Notes: generated by a model from the sequence alone, not told the origin. 59,022 bases of DNA from a virus (IMGVR_UViG_3300021425_000040:1-59022), one strand, 5' to 3'; shown: positions 11,392 through 19,373, numbered from the stretch's first letter. Program-made: numbers and translations.

Positions 11392-11742
11392 TTATAAGTC
11401 TTCTTTTAATTTATCCCAAGGCTGTTCGCCTGACCATGCTTGGAAGTTTCTTACTGGTGCTAGCAAACACATTGTTTTATCAGGAAACATAATTGTTATG
11501 CTAGTTGTTTTAGTATCTAAGTTTGTCCATATATACAGCCCTGCTCTGTAAAACTGTTTTGTACTAGACTCACGGATCATGCTGTCTCCTGTGAATATTA
11601 GTCGTTCATCTACTTTACGAAGTACTTCAAATACGTCTATAACATTGTTACATGGCAGCATAGCTGTCATAGTTTTTTCTTGTCCTAAAGCAGAGGTCGC
11701 AGTAGAAATCAGTAGTGCGGTAATTAAAAATATGCGTTTCAT
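11392..11742 (-). CDS. Hypothetical exported protein
   Basis: 116 aa with an N-terminal signal peptide (MKRIFLITALLISTATSALG) and two cysteines. Confidence 0.6.
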   Translation of the reverse strand: MKRIFLITALLISTATSALGQEKTMTAMLPCNNVIDVFEVLRKVDERLIFTGDSMIRESSTKQFYRAGLYIWTNLDTKTTSITIMFPDKTMCLLAPVRNFQAWSGEQPWDKLKEDL

Positions 11743-12212
11743 AGTTCACTCTCATATGTTATGGTGAAGATCATATCAGCCACTCCGTAAGGAGCCATAA
11801 CACCTTCATCAGTGCTAAGTTGTAGTATTCTTACATCGACTAAACAATCTACACGATTTTTTAAATTATTGAGTACATGCTCTATATCATCTAGTAGTGC
11901 TTCTGCCCACCAGGTAGAATCTTCATTTTCTCCTAAGTCTTCATGTACATAACCTCTAAGATTAAAAGTAGCAGTTTTATATCTAATACCTGCTTCAGCT
12001 TCTCTAAAGGCTTCTTCTACTATATAAAAGCAGATTGTAGGAAAATCGTTAAGCTCATATAAAAACTTATAACTTGGAAAACAATTTTCATGGCAATCTG
12101 TATTAAAAGTATACTGTTTAGGGCCTGGAAGATGAGCTGTTTGAATAGAGGTGCCTCCATCAATAGTTCTTAGCTCTTCTGTTAAGCTTCTAAGTAAAGT
12201 TAACTTGTTCAT
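11739..12212 (-). CDS. Tail terminator protein, T5 p142-like
   Basis: FPTICF motif and C-terminal LSTDEGVMAPYGVADMIFTITY, compared with recalled T5 p142 STDEGLLAPYGLAEINVTVRY. Confidence 0.75.
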   Translation of the reverse strand: MNKLTLLRSLTEELRTIDGGTSIQTAHLPGPKQYTFNTDCHENCFPSYKFLYELNDFPTICFYIVEEAFREAEAGIRYKTATFNLRGYVHEDLGENEDSTWWAEALLDDIEHVLNNLKNRVDCLVDVRILQLSTDEGVMAPYGVADMIFTITYESEL

Positions 12213-12553
12213 TCTGGCTGTACAGGCTTTGTACCAAATGTTCTGTTATATCCTGGATCTTCATCATAGGCGCCTGCCCACTTATTCTCGGTAAAAGCTG
12301 CAAACTCTATAAGAGCATCTAAATCAAAAAAAATATCAGATATCCAACTCTCAAGTTCTATTGTTTTAGCTTTTAAGTCTGCTATATCGCGAGACGCATT
12401 AATCTCATCTTCTACAGCCATACGACTAGTTAATTGTGCTACTTGTTCGGTTAGTTGTTCTATTGTTTGTGCTTGTTGAGCTGTCCACCAAACAAATGCA
12501 CTTACTTGCAGTACTATCGCAGCAACAACTCCTATGCTAAATTTTGTGTTCAT
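12209..12553 (-). CDS. Membrane-anchored coiled-coil protein
   Basis: N-terminal TM helix (IGVVAAIVLQVSAFVWW) followed by a heptad-rich segment. Confidence 0.6.
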   Translation of the reverse strand: MNTKFSIGVVAAIVLQVSAFVWWTAQQAQTIEQLTEQVAQLTSRMAVEDEINASRDIADLKAKTIELESWISDIFFDLDALIEFAAFTENKWAGAYDEDPGYNRTFGTKPVQPE

Positions 12554-12771
12554 TGTTTATACTCCATTTCAGTTATAACTTCACGGCCTTCACGATCATT
12601 TGCAATGCCCGCAGCTAAACTTTGTATCTGTTCTATTATATGATTACAGCTGTCTTGGTCATACTTTTTTTCTGCTTGTTCAGAAAACTCATTACGCAGC
12701 CTATGTACTTGTACAGCTAAATCGTGCATTGTGTTTATTCGTTGGATAACACTCTCAATACTATGCCTCAT
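12550..12771 (-). CDS. Hypothetical protein
   Basis: 73 aa, overlapping start/stop with neighbours. Confidence 0.6.
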   Translation of the reverse strand: MRHSIESVIQRINTMHDLAVQVHRLRNEFSEQAEKKYDQDSCNHIIEQIQSLAAGIANDREGREVITEMEYKQ

Positions 12772-12946
12772 GCTTACTCCTCAAATGTTTTTCATACGCT
12801 TCTTCAAATCCGTCTTCATGATAACAAAGCTCGTGATTACCCCACATACGTTTAAAATACCCATTATAGCTATCTTTCATAGTCTTATCATCTACAATAT
12901 GACCTTTAACCATGTAAAACAGTTTAGCTATTTCTTTATCAGTCAT
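12761..12946 (-). CDS. Hypothetical protein
   Basis: 61 aa, translationally coupled within the operon. Confidence 0.6.
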   Translation of the reverse strand: MTDKEIAKLFYMVKGHIVDDKTMKDSYNGYFKRMWGNHELCYHEDGFEEAYEKHLRSKHEA

Positions 12947-13175
12947 CGCTTATATCCCCGCTTGAATCTTTATAACGTAGCTTAGGTGTATCATCTCTAC
13001 AACGCTCGCTGCAGTACCATATACGTCCTTTACTAGCTATGCCACAAAATACATCATAGGCTCGATGATCACCGTTGCCAAGTGCTTCAAAAGATATATG
13101 AGTAGCTGTGCATCTGCTCACAGTCCCAAGCTCCACATCCATACAGGAATAATTATGAAATGAAACAGTACGCAC
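12939..13175 (-). CDS. Hypothetical Cys-containing protein
   Basis: 78 aa, GTG start, CSERC motif. Confidence 0.45.
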   Translation of the reverse strand: MRTVSFHNYSCMDVELGTVSRCTATHISFEALGNGDHRAYDVFCGIASKGRIWYCSERCRDDTPKLRYKDSSGDISDD

Positions 13176-13217
13176 ATAAATATCATTAACTTAACAGTTA
13201 ACATATTATTATTTTTG

Positions 13218-13973
13218 TTAGTCATTTATTAACTTTTCTATAGCATTAACATATCCAGGCATAGAATGATCACTTATAGAATCAAAACGTCCGGCAGCTA
13301 GTCCAAGACCTATGCCACGTATACGATCCCATGCTCTTGACAATCCATGAACACTGCGTTTCTTGCCGTAGGAACTTATATAGTGCTCATCGCCATCATG
13401 ACGATAACCCATTATCCATAAAGGTACGCGTGTTACAATATCATTATTATTAACCCAACGATTATGCGTAACGCTCAAAGAACAGCAAAAAGCTGCATTG
13501 CCTACGCGAGGAGAGCCATAAGTATAAAGTTCTCTTACCTCTGGTAACATTATATCATCTTGACAACGAGATGCCAAGATTGTTGCCATTGCAGCTCCTA
13601 GTGAATGTCCACAAAACCATACTCTACGGTTGCCTGCTGCTTTCAAATGTGGTAATATCAAAGAATATAAATCATCACACTCTTGTTTAAAACCTCGATG
13701 TACACGACCTACTGTTTCTGCCGCAGTCATAGCTGCTTTAAGATCAGCACTAACATCGTTCCATTCGCCTGGCTCTGTTCCACGACACGCAATTACTAAA
13801 TCATATTTGCTTGAAAAGCAATAGGCTTGTGCGCCGTCACGATCTAAAAAAGTTATTTCACTAAAACCTAGTTGTTGACCTCGTCTACGTGCAGGGGTTT
13901 CATCTCTGTAAGAAGTATTTGATAATCTTGCAAATAACAAACTCTTTTCCAGAAAGGATAATTCTTCAATCAT
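13218..13973 (-). CDS. Class 3 lipase (alpha/beta hydrolase)
   Basis: IACRGT, VHRGF, nucleophile elbow GHSLG, TYGSPRVG, NNNDIVTRVP and terminal DH: a complete Ser-Asp-His triad. SD AAAGGAG upstream. Confidence 0.9.
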   Translation of the reverse strand: MIEELSFLEKSLLFARLSNTSYRDETPARRRGQQLGFSEITFLDRDGAQAYCFSSKYDLVIACRGTEPGEWNDVSADLKAAMTAAETVGRVHRGFKQECDDLYSLILPHLKAAGNRRVWFCGHSLGAAMATILASRCQDDIMLPEVRELYTYGSPRVGNAAFCCSLSVTHNRWVNNNDIVTRVPLWIMGYRHDGDEHYISSYGKKRSVHGLSRAWDRIRGIGLGLAAGRFDSISDHSMPGYVNAIEKLIND

Positions 13974-14170
13974 AGTACAACTCCTTTACAAAATTAATTG
14001 TATATAGCATAAAGTTATCATAGTATTTGTACTATGTCCAACTCTTTTAACGAAAATTCAAAAAATTACTGGGGGAACGCGTGTGAGTGTGCGCAGCGCA
14101 CGCATAGGTTGTAATGTGCCAAAACCGCCCTACCATAGGTTGCAAAAATAATAAAACTACAGTTTTTTTT

Positions 14171-14190
14171 AAAAACGGCAGTTTTTGCCG
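14171..14190 (-). terminator. Rho-independent terminator of the HNH gene
   Basis: On the minus strand: CGGCA-aaaac-TGCCG hairpin followed by a T run, just after the stop at 14194. Confidence 0.65.
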
Positions 14191-14193
14191 GCC

Positions 14194-14514
14194 CTATACG
14201 GGCCGATATGGTTTTGCGATACCAGCGGCGGCTGCCTTGCAATATTTTGCCCAATATGCGCGACGGCTTTCTATTTCGGCGCGGGCTTCGCTATACGGCG
14301 CATATGCGCGAAAAACTACGTTTGCGGTTCCTTGCACCTTATTGCAAACATCGCACAAGCGCACAAAATTTTCTAGAACCATTGCGCCACCATTGGCTTC
14401 AGAAACTAAGTGACCCGCTTCGCGAGCATCCCAAGTGCCGCAAGCTGCGCAGCAATCAAAGCGCGCGAAAACTTCGTTGCGGATTTTTGCGGGGATTCTT
14501 GATTTTTTAGCCAT
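14194..14514 (-). CDS. HNH endonuclease-like protein
   Basis: CAAC...GH....NGG...EN...LCDVCN zinc-binding HNH pattern. Has its own SD (AGGAGA) and promoter. Confidence 0.75.
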   Translation of the reverse strand: MAKKSRIPAKIRNEVFARFDCCAACGTWDAREAGHLVSEANGGAMVLENFVRLCDVCNKVQGTANVVFRAYAPYSEARAEIESRRAYWAKYCKAAAAGIAKPYRPV

Positions 14515-14539
14515 GTCGTTTTCTCCTATCTATAATAAG

Positions 14540-14568
14540 AATATACATACCGCGGGCGATAAATACAA
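14540..14568 (-). promoter_or_regulatory. Sigma70-type promoter of the HNH gene
   Basis: TTGTAT-17 bp-TATATT on the minus strand. Confidence 0.7.
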
Positions 14569-14611
14569 GAGAAAAAAGGACTTTTTTTAAAAAAAATTTG
14601 TTTTGCTTTAA

Positions 14612-14686
14612 AATCAATAGGTTAGCAGATTTTTGCAAAAAAAGCTGAATATGGGCTTGAAACCCGCGAAAATATGCTTATATTAA
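14612..14686 (+). promoter_or_regulatory. Single IHF-consensus box plus rightward sigma70-type promoter
   Basis: AATCAATAGGTTA at 14612-14624; TTGAAA at 14657 with TATATT 16 bp downstream. Confidence 0.55.
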
Positions 14687-14714
14687 TATTATGACATTTA
14701 CGAAAGGATTTAAA

Positions 14715-14948
14715 ATGTTTGGATATATTGTTCGCGAAACCGAAAAAGCCGTTGCCTTTGTTCAAGAGGGCAAATTTGCGGGCGTCGAAGTCAAGGCGCT
14801 ATGGGTTCCACGGTCTAAAATCAATTCTATGGTTGAGCGCGATAGCTACTCGCCAAGCATCCAGCTTGCCGGTGAGAAAATTCGCCGCTTTGGAATTCCA
14901 ACGGATATTGAAATTGATCCAGAATTTTTAAAAAAGATTGGGGTGTAA
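14715..14948 (+). CDS. Hypothetical pre-early protein
   Basis: SD AAAGGA favours the ATG at 14715 (MFGYIVRETEKAV...WVPRSKI). Confidence 0.7.
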   Translation: MFGYIVRETEKAVAFVQEGKFAGVEVKALWVPRSKINSMVERDSYSPSIQLAGEKIRRFGIPTDIEIDPEFLKKIGV

Positions 14949-14949
14949 A

Positions 14950-15087
14950 ATGAAAATCGCAAAGCGTAAACCCCAAACACCGCAGCCCGTAAAAAGGGCT
15001 GACGGTTCATGGTTTGTTCCATCTCGCCGTTGTTCGTCAACAATCAACAATAAAATTTCTAGCAGCTTCAAAGGAGTTAAAAAATGA
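14950..15087 (+). CDS. Small basic hypothetical protein (45 aa)
   Basis: MKIAKRKPQT...KGVKK. Starts 1 nt after the upstream stop and overlaps the next ATG (ATGA). Confidence 0.5.
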   Translation: MKIAKRKPQTPQPVKRADGSWFVPSRRCSSTINNKISSSFKGVKK

Positions 15088-15209
15088 GCGATCTGGATAT
15101 TATAAAGTACCACCTGTCTACAAAAGAATTCTGGTTCGGTATAGTTGTAACTCTACTAGGTACGCTTGCAATATGGGTAGCAGTGCAACTTGCAGCTGAG
15201 TTCTTGTAA
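15084..15209 (+). CDS. Small membrane peptide (41 aa)
   Basis: SD AAGGAG; MSDLDIIKYHLSTKEFWFGIVVTLLGTLAIWVAVQLAAEFL, a single TM helix. Confidence 0.65.
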   Translation: MSDLDIIKYHLSTKEFWFGIVVTLLGTLAIWVAVQLAAEFL

Positions 15210-15220
15210 AAAGCGTGCAA

Positions 15221-15316
15221 AATCAATAGCTTAGCGGCAGGGCCGCCCCGCCCGCTAAGTAGTTGATTTTAAACAGTTTTTTTAGGGTTGCAAAGCAATT
15301 AAAACTATGCGATAAA
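15221..15316 (+). repeat. Cassette element R1: inverted IHF boxes, GC core and promoter
   Basis: AATCAATAGCTTA-22 bp GC core-TAAGTAGTTGATT; TTGCAA at 15288, 17 bp, GATAAA. Confidence 0.85.
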
Positions 15317-15346
15317 CTTATATAAGATAACAAAGGAGAAAATCTT

Positions 15347-15832
15347 ATGACTACATTTTACACCGCTGGAAAAGTTTGGCACAATAAAAAATTTCAAAAT
15401 CTGCGTGATGATCTAGGCTATGCTGTAAAAGCTCGCTGGATTGACTTAGAAAATGATAGTGATTTTGTGCAAAATCAAAAAGATCAGCTCTGGAATTTGT
15501 GCTATGAAGATGTTCGGGATAGTGATTTCTTGCTGCTATATTGTGAAGATTTTAACGAAGAACAGCGCGGAGCGCTAGTTGAAATTGGAATGGCTTATGG
15601 CTGCGGAAAACCAGTATATGCTATAGGTAAGTGTGCAAGCATTGCACCTAATGAAATATCTGATGTTGCCTTCACGCATTTCAAAAACTGGACATGGCTA
15701 GAAACGACTGACTTAGTAGAAGGTGCAGACCAAGCTATTGCTATGCATGAAGGAAAGCAAAAGGCCCAGCGCCTTGTGAGTATGTTTAAAGATTTTAGAA
15801 CTGTTGGAACAGTACAATCGGAGGTTGCATAA
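15347..15832 (+). CDS. Nucleoside 2-deoxyribosyltransferase / nucleotide N-glycosidase-like protein
   Basis: FYTAG...DVRDSD.LL...GALVEIGMAYGCGKPV, the NDT-family catalytic Glu motif. Confidence 0.75.
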   Translation: MTTFYTAGKVWHNKKFQNLRDDLGYAVKARWIDLENDSDFVQNQKDQLWNLCYEDVRDSDFLLLYCEDFNEEQRGALVEIGMAYGCGKPVYAIGKCASIAPNEISDVAFTHFKNWTWLETTDLVEGADQAIAMHEGKQKAQRLVSMFKDFRTVGTVQSEVA

Positions 15833-16123
15833 ATGCCTTATATTCCCGTAGAAGATCGTTCACGCGTTGATGAAGCTGTAATGGATCAAGGGTGCCAATG
15901 GGTACCCAACAACGCCGGAGAGCTAAACTGGTTAGTATCTAGTTTTATAAATAATTTTTTAGAAGTGCATGGTGTACGCTATGCGTATCTAAATGAAATG
16001 ATGGGCGCTCTAGAGTGTTGCAAGCTAGAGCTGTATCGCAAGGTAGGTGCGCCTTATGAAGAAATAAAAGAGGCTGAAAATGGTAAAGCGTACTCAGTCG
16101 AATTGCAAGGAGCTGATTACTGA
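15833..16123 (+). CDS. Conserved phage protein (MPYI...GELN...KLELYR...PYE..K..ENG family; DUF6899-like by recollection)
   Basis: 96 aa. Motif pattern recognised by eye; family label unverified. Confidence 0.6.
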   Translation: MPYIPVEDRSRVDEAVMDQGCQWVPNNAGELNWLVSSFINNFLEVHGVRYAYLNEMMGALECCKLELYRKVGAPYEEIKEAENGKAYSVELQGADY

Positions 16124-16152
16124 GAATAATCCAACGCCTAATAATCCTTTAA

Positions 16153-16249
16153 TATCAAAGGGTTAGAGGGCGCGGCGCCCCCGCGCGCTAAGTGCTTGAT
16201 TTTAAACACTTTTTTAGTGCTTGACAATAATATAATAAAAGAGTATGGT
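16153..16249 (+). repeat. Cassette element R2
   Basis: TATCAAAGGGTTA-23 bp GC core-TAAGTGCTTGATT; TTGACA at 16221, 17 bp, TATGGT. Confidence 0.85.
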
Positions 16250-16277
16250 TTCTTATAGTCAATTAAAAGGAGTTCTC

Positions 16278-16604
16278 ATGGCTACTAAAACTGTAAATTA
16301 TACTACCGCACAAGTTGATCAAATTATCAGCATGTACAAGCAATCAGGTAATGAAGCTTTGCCAGAGATTGCTGCAGCTGTTGGTAAATCAGTTCGCTCT
16401 GTACGTTCTAAGCTAGTGCGGGAAGGCGTATACGTGGCTACCCCTAAGCCAAAACGGTCTTCAATTGATAAAGGACCTACTAAAAAAGAGCTTCTTAATG
16501 AGCTCGAGAAGGTGTGTGGTTTTGATGTCACACCTCTGTCTGGTTCTACAAAAGAGGGATTGCTTTCGCTGATCTCTTTTGCTAAAAAAATGGGAGAAGC
16601 TTAG
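16278..16604 (+). CDS. A2: T5 A2-like DNA-binding protein, paralogue 1
   Basis: SMY...LPEIAAAVGKSVRSVRSKL resembles recalled T5 A2 SMY...GLKEIAKAVG..SPVSVRSKL. SD AAAGGAG places the start at 16278. Confidence 0.75.
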   Translation: MATKTVNYTTAQVDQIISMYKQSGNEALPEIAAAVGKSVRSVRSKLVREGVYVATPKPKRSSIDKGPTKKELLNELEKVCGFDVTPLSGSTKEGLLSLISFAKKMGEA

Positions 16605-16634
16605 GCTTCTCCACAACCCTTTTAGGAGATATTT

Positions 16635-16802
16635 ATGTCTGTAAAAACTGCTATATGTTACGATGAGTGCGGCACGGAAGTTTCTATCCAAGTCGAGAGC
16701 TATCACCAGATACCTCAAGAATGGCGGTTCTGCTATTGGCAAGAATTCAGTGATCGGGAGCTTGCTGAGTGGCGGCTGGATCAGGAGCAAGACTGGCCCT
16801 AG
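16635..16802 (+). CDS. Small acidic hypothetical protein (55 aa)
   Basis: SD AGGAGA; MSVKTAICYDECGTEV...QEQDWP. Below the ORF-track cutoff. Confidence 0.65.
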   Translation: MSVKTAICYDECGTEVSIQVESYHQIPQEWRFCYWQEFSDRELAEWRLDQEQDWP

Positions 16803-16822
16803 CCTCGCAAAAAACCCTTTAA

Positions 16823-16998
16823 TATCAAAGGGTTAGCCGCACCGCCAAAAAAGTGTGTAATATCAAGGGGTTAGCAAGGGGGTCGCCCCGCTCGCTAAGT
16901 TATTGATTTTAAAGGGTTTTTTAATTCAAATAAAATGCTAAGTGCTTGTTTTTAAACGATTCTTTTCTGTTGACTTCAGCTGATTTATTCTTTATAAG
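16823..16998 (+). repeat. Cassette element R3 (four boxes)
   Basis: Boxes at 16823, 16861, 16896 and 16939; 22 bp GC core; TTGACT at 16970, 17 bp, TATAAG. Confidence 0.85.
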
Positions 16999-17021
16999 TT
17001 ATATATAAGGAGAATTTACTA

Positions 17022-17477
17022 ATGATTAAAAATATTTCTATCTTTGATTTAGACGGAACCTGCGTTGATAGCTCGCATAGGCAAGCTACTCTTGCAGATG
17101 GTACGCTAAACTTGGCGGCTTGGTTTGCCAACGCTACACCTGAAAAGATAGCTCAAGACAAGCTGCTTCCTTTAGCCAAGGAAATAAGCAACCGTAAAGA
17201 TAAAGGCGATTATGTGATAATCTGCACTGCTAGGAATATGTCTAGCGCAGATTATGAGTTTTTGAAAAAGAATAACATGGTTGCTCACAAGATTATTTCT
17301 CGCCCTGTGGGAAATATGGAAGCAGACGGATCACTTAAGGCGAAACAGCTTTCATCCTTTTTAAGCCTCCGCCAATTTAAAAGAGCTTCAAAAGTGATGT
17401 TTGATGACGCGCAAAGTGTCCGTTCTGCTATCCGAAAAATTGGTATTGCGGTACTAGATCCCGCAAAAATCAACTAG
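17022..17477 (+). CDS. dmp: Deoxynucleoside-5'-monophosphatase, T5 Dmp-like (HAD family)
   Basis: FDLDGT..SSHR, GTLNL, QDKLLPL, IICTARNMSSADY and MFDD parallel recalled T5 Dmp motifs (DLDGT..SFHR, QDTLLPL, IICTARLMSKSDY, MIDD). Confidence 0.85.
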   Translation: MIKNISIFDLDGTCVDSSHRQATLADGTLNLAAWFANATPEKIAQDKLLPLAKEISNRKDKGDYVIICTARNMSSADYEFLKKNNMVAHKIISRPVGNMEADGSLKAKQLSSFLSLRQFKRASKVMFDDAQSVRSAIRKIGIAVLDPAKIN

Positions 17478-17485
17478 AGGTTGTT

Positions 17486-17767
17486 ATGGAATATACTCAC
17501 GAATTAATGTTAGAATGTCACGAAAAACGAATGGGAGGAAATATGCGACACTTAATGATAATACGGCCAGATGGTGGCATCTGTGATTGCTATGGAGAGA
17601 TCGAAGAAAATAGCAATTTTGAAGTCGTATGCTACGACGAAGAAAATGATGGAATTTGGGCAACGGGAAACCATGATACCAATGAACCATTTAAAGACTG
17701 GGAAGAAGCTGTTAAATGGCTATGCGAAAATCTTGACTCACGGATTGAACAGCTAACCGCTGTTTAA
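17486..17767 (+). CDS. Acidic hypothetical pre-early protein
   Basis: 93 aa with SD GAGG, directly after dmp. Confidence 0.65.
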   Translation: MEYTHELMLECHEKRMGGNMRHLMIIRPDGGICDCYGEIEENSNFEVVCYDEENDGIWATGNHDTNEPFKDWEEAVKWLCENLDSRIEQLTAV

Positions 17768-17775
17768 TCCTTTAA

Positions 17776-17914
17776 AAACAAGCACTTACGGGCCGGGGCG
17801 CCCCGGCGGCTAAGTCATTGATTTTAAACGATTTTTTAATTGAAAAAAAAATGCTAAGTCCTTGTTTTTAAACGATTCTTTTTTCTTGCATTCTGCTTAT
17901 TTTAAAGCTATAAA
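17776..17914 (+). repeat. Cassette element R4 (three boxes)
   Basis: AAACAAGCACTTA-22 bp core-TAAGTCATTGATT, extra box at 17855; TTGCAT at 17886, 17 bp, TATAAA. Confidence 0.85.
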
Positions 17915-17950
17915 TATTATATTAACCCTCAAACAAAAAGGAGGCCAAAT

Positions 17951-18274
17951 ATGGCTACAACTAAAACTGCAAATTACACCGCCGCTCAAGTCGAGCAAAT
18001 CGTTTCTATGTATGCTGATCTAGGTAACGAAGGTCTGCAAGACATCTCTGACGCCGTGGGCAAATCTGTCCGGTCAGTTCGTTCGAAACTCGTGCGTGAG
18101 GGTGTTTATGTCGCCACCCCTAAAGCCGCTGCACCTAAGCGGGATCAAGGCCCAACCAAAAAAGAGCTGTTAAATCAGCTTGAAGAAATGGTTGGTTTTG
18201 ATGTTACTCCACTTTCGGGGTCAACCAAAGAAGGTTTGCAATCTCTGATTGCATTCGCCTCTAAGGTGGCATAA
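17951..18274 (+). CDS. A2: T5 A2-like DNA-binding protein, paralogue 2
   Basis: Same KSVRSVRSKLVREGVYVATPK core as paralogue 1; SD AGGAGG. Confidence 0.75.
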   Translation: MATTKTANYTAAQVEQIVSMYADLGNEGLQDISDAVGKSVRSVRSKLVREGVYVATPKAAAPKRDQGPTKKELLNQLEEMVGFDVTPLSGSTKEGLQSLIAFASKVA

Positions 18275-18279
18275 ACCAG

Positions 18280-18310
18280 AGGGGGCAAGGTTGCAGCCTT
18301 GCCCCTTTTT
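18280..18310 (+). terminator. Rho-independent terminator
   Basis: GGGGCAAGG-ttgcag-CCTTGCCCC followed by TTTTT. Confidence 0.85.
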
Positions 18311-18335
18311 ACTTGACACTGAAAAAAGTGTTTAA

Positions 18336-18474
18336 TATCAAACACTTACGGGCCGGGGCCCCCCGCGAGCTAAGTCATTGAAAACAAACAGTTTTTTAGT
18401 TAGCAGAAAAAGGCTAAGTGCTTGATTTTAAACGATTCTTTTTATTTGACAGTCTAATGTTTTTGCTTTACACC
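18336..18474 (+). repeat. Cassette element R5 (three boxes)
   Basis: TATCAAACACTTA-22 bp core-TAAGTCATTGAAA, extra box at 18415; TTGACA at 18446, 17 bp, TACACC. Confidence 0.85.
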
Positions 18475-18506
18475 TATAAGGGTAAAGCATACAGGAGAAT
18501 TTACAA

Positions 18507-19211
18507 ATGCCTTTCAAGCCTACTCTTTTCGTTGTAACCGATATTGAAACCACCATGCGCAAGCGTATTGCGTTTGATATTGCTTGGCGCATTGTTGACC
18601 GAAAAGGTCGGGAATATGGTTCTGGCTCTTATGTTATTCGTGAAGCCTTCAAACTTGATCTGCCTTTTTTCGCTGAAAAAATGGGTCATTATTTTGATGA
18701 TGCTTACAGCCACAAAATTGTGCCTGCATCTATTGATGACGTTCGCGCAGAGTACAACGCGCAAATTAATGCTCTTGCTGCTGCGGGTCATAAAGTCATT
18801 CTATGCGCTTACAATGCGCGTTTTGATTTTACGCATCTGCCTCGCACTTTGCAAGTTTTGCACAATGACACCTCTGCGCGTTGGTTAGATAACGCTTTTC
18901 CTCTGCTCGATATTTGGGATTTTTGGGGCCAAAGCGTTCCTCTTAATTATCGCGCCAATCCTTCAAAATCTGGCAAATACTTTTCAACGTCTGCGGAAAG
19001 CGCATACCGTTGGGAATTCATGCAAGAAGATTTTGAAGAACGTCATATTGCGTGGCATGATTGCTTGATTGAAAGTGATATTTTGCTGAAAGCATTGCAT
19101 CGCAAAAAGTCTATGCCTATAGTTTCCAAGCCTTCCGAGTTTTCTGGATCAGTTTGGAGAGATATCAATCTGAGACTAGGCGTTGACGGTTCTCAGGCTC
19201 TTGCTGCATAA
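18507..19211 (+). CDS. DEDDh (DnaQ-like) 3'-5' exonuclease
   Basis: ExoI TDIETT, ExoII AYNARFD, ExoIII HIAWHD. Confidence 0.8.
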   Translation: MPFKPTLFVVTDIETTMRKRIAFDIAWRIVDRKGREYGSGSYVIREAFKLDLPFFAEKMGHYFDDAYSHKIVPASIDDVRAEYNAQINALAAAGHKVILCAYNARFDFTHLPRTLQVLHNDTSARWLDNAFPLLDIWDFWGQSVPLNYRANPSKSGKYFSTSAESAYRWEFMQEDFEERHIAWHDCLIESDILLKALHRKKSMPIVSKPSEFSGSVWRDINLRLGVDGSQALAA

Positions 19212-19218
19212 TTAAACT

Positions 19219-19243
19219 GGGGTTTGCAAAGCGCAAGCCCCCC
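19219..19243 (+). terminator. GC hairpin after the exonuclease gene (weak terminator or RNA-stability element)
   Basis: GGGGTTTGC-aaagc-GCAAGCCCC with no T tail. Confidence 0.4.
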
Positions 19244-19262
19244 ACAACCCGAGGTTGAAAAA

Positions 19263-19373
19263 ATGGCTAAAATTAAACTTGCGCTTCCTTATATACTAAA
19301 GGCTTATATCGTTTACTCTGTTATATCCGAAACGGTAGTTTTAGGCGGGCTTATATACTTAATTTTCTTTTAA
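19263..19373 (+). CDS. Small membrane peptide (36 aa)
   Basis: SD GAGG; MAKIKLALPYILKAYIVYSVISETVVLGGLIYLIFF. The stop codon abuts R6. Confidence 0.55.
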   Translation: MAKIKLALPYILKAYIVYSVISETVVLGGLIYLIFF

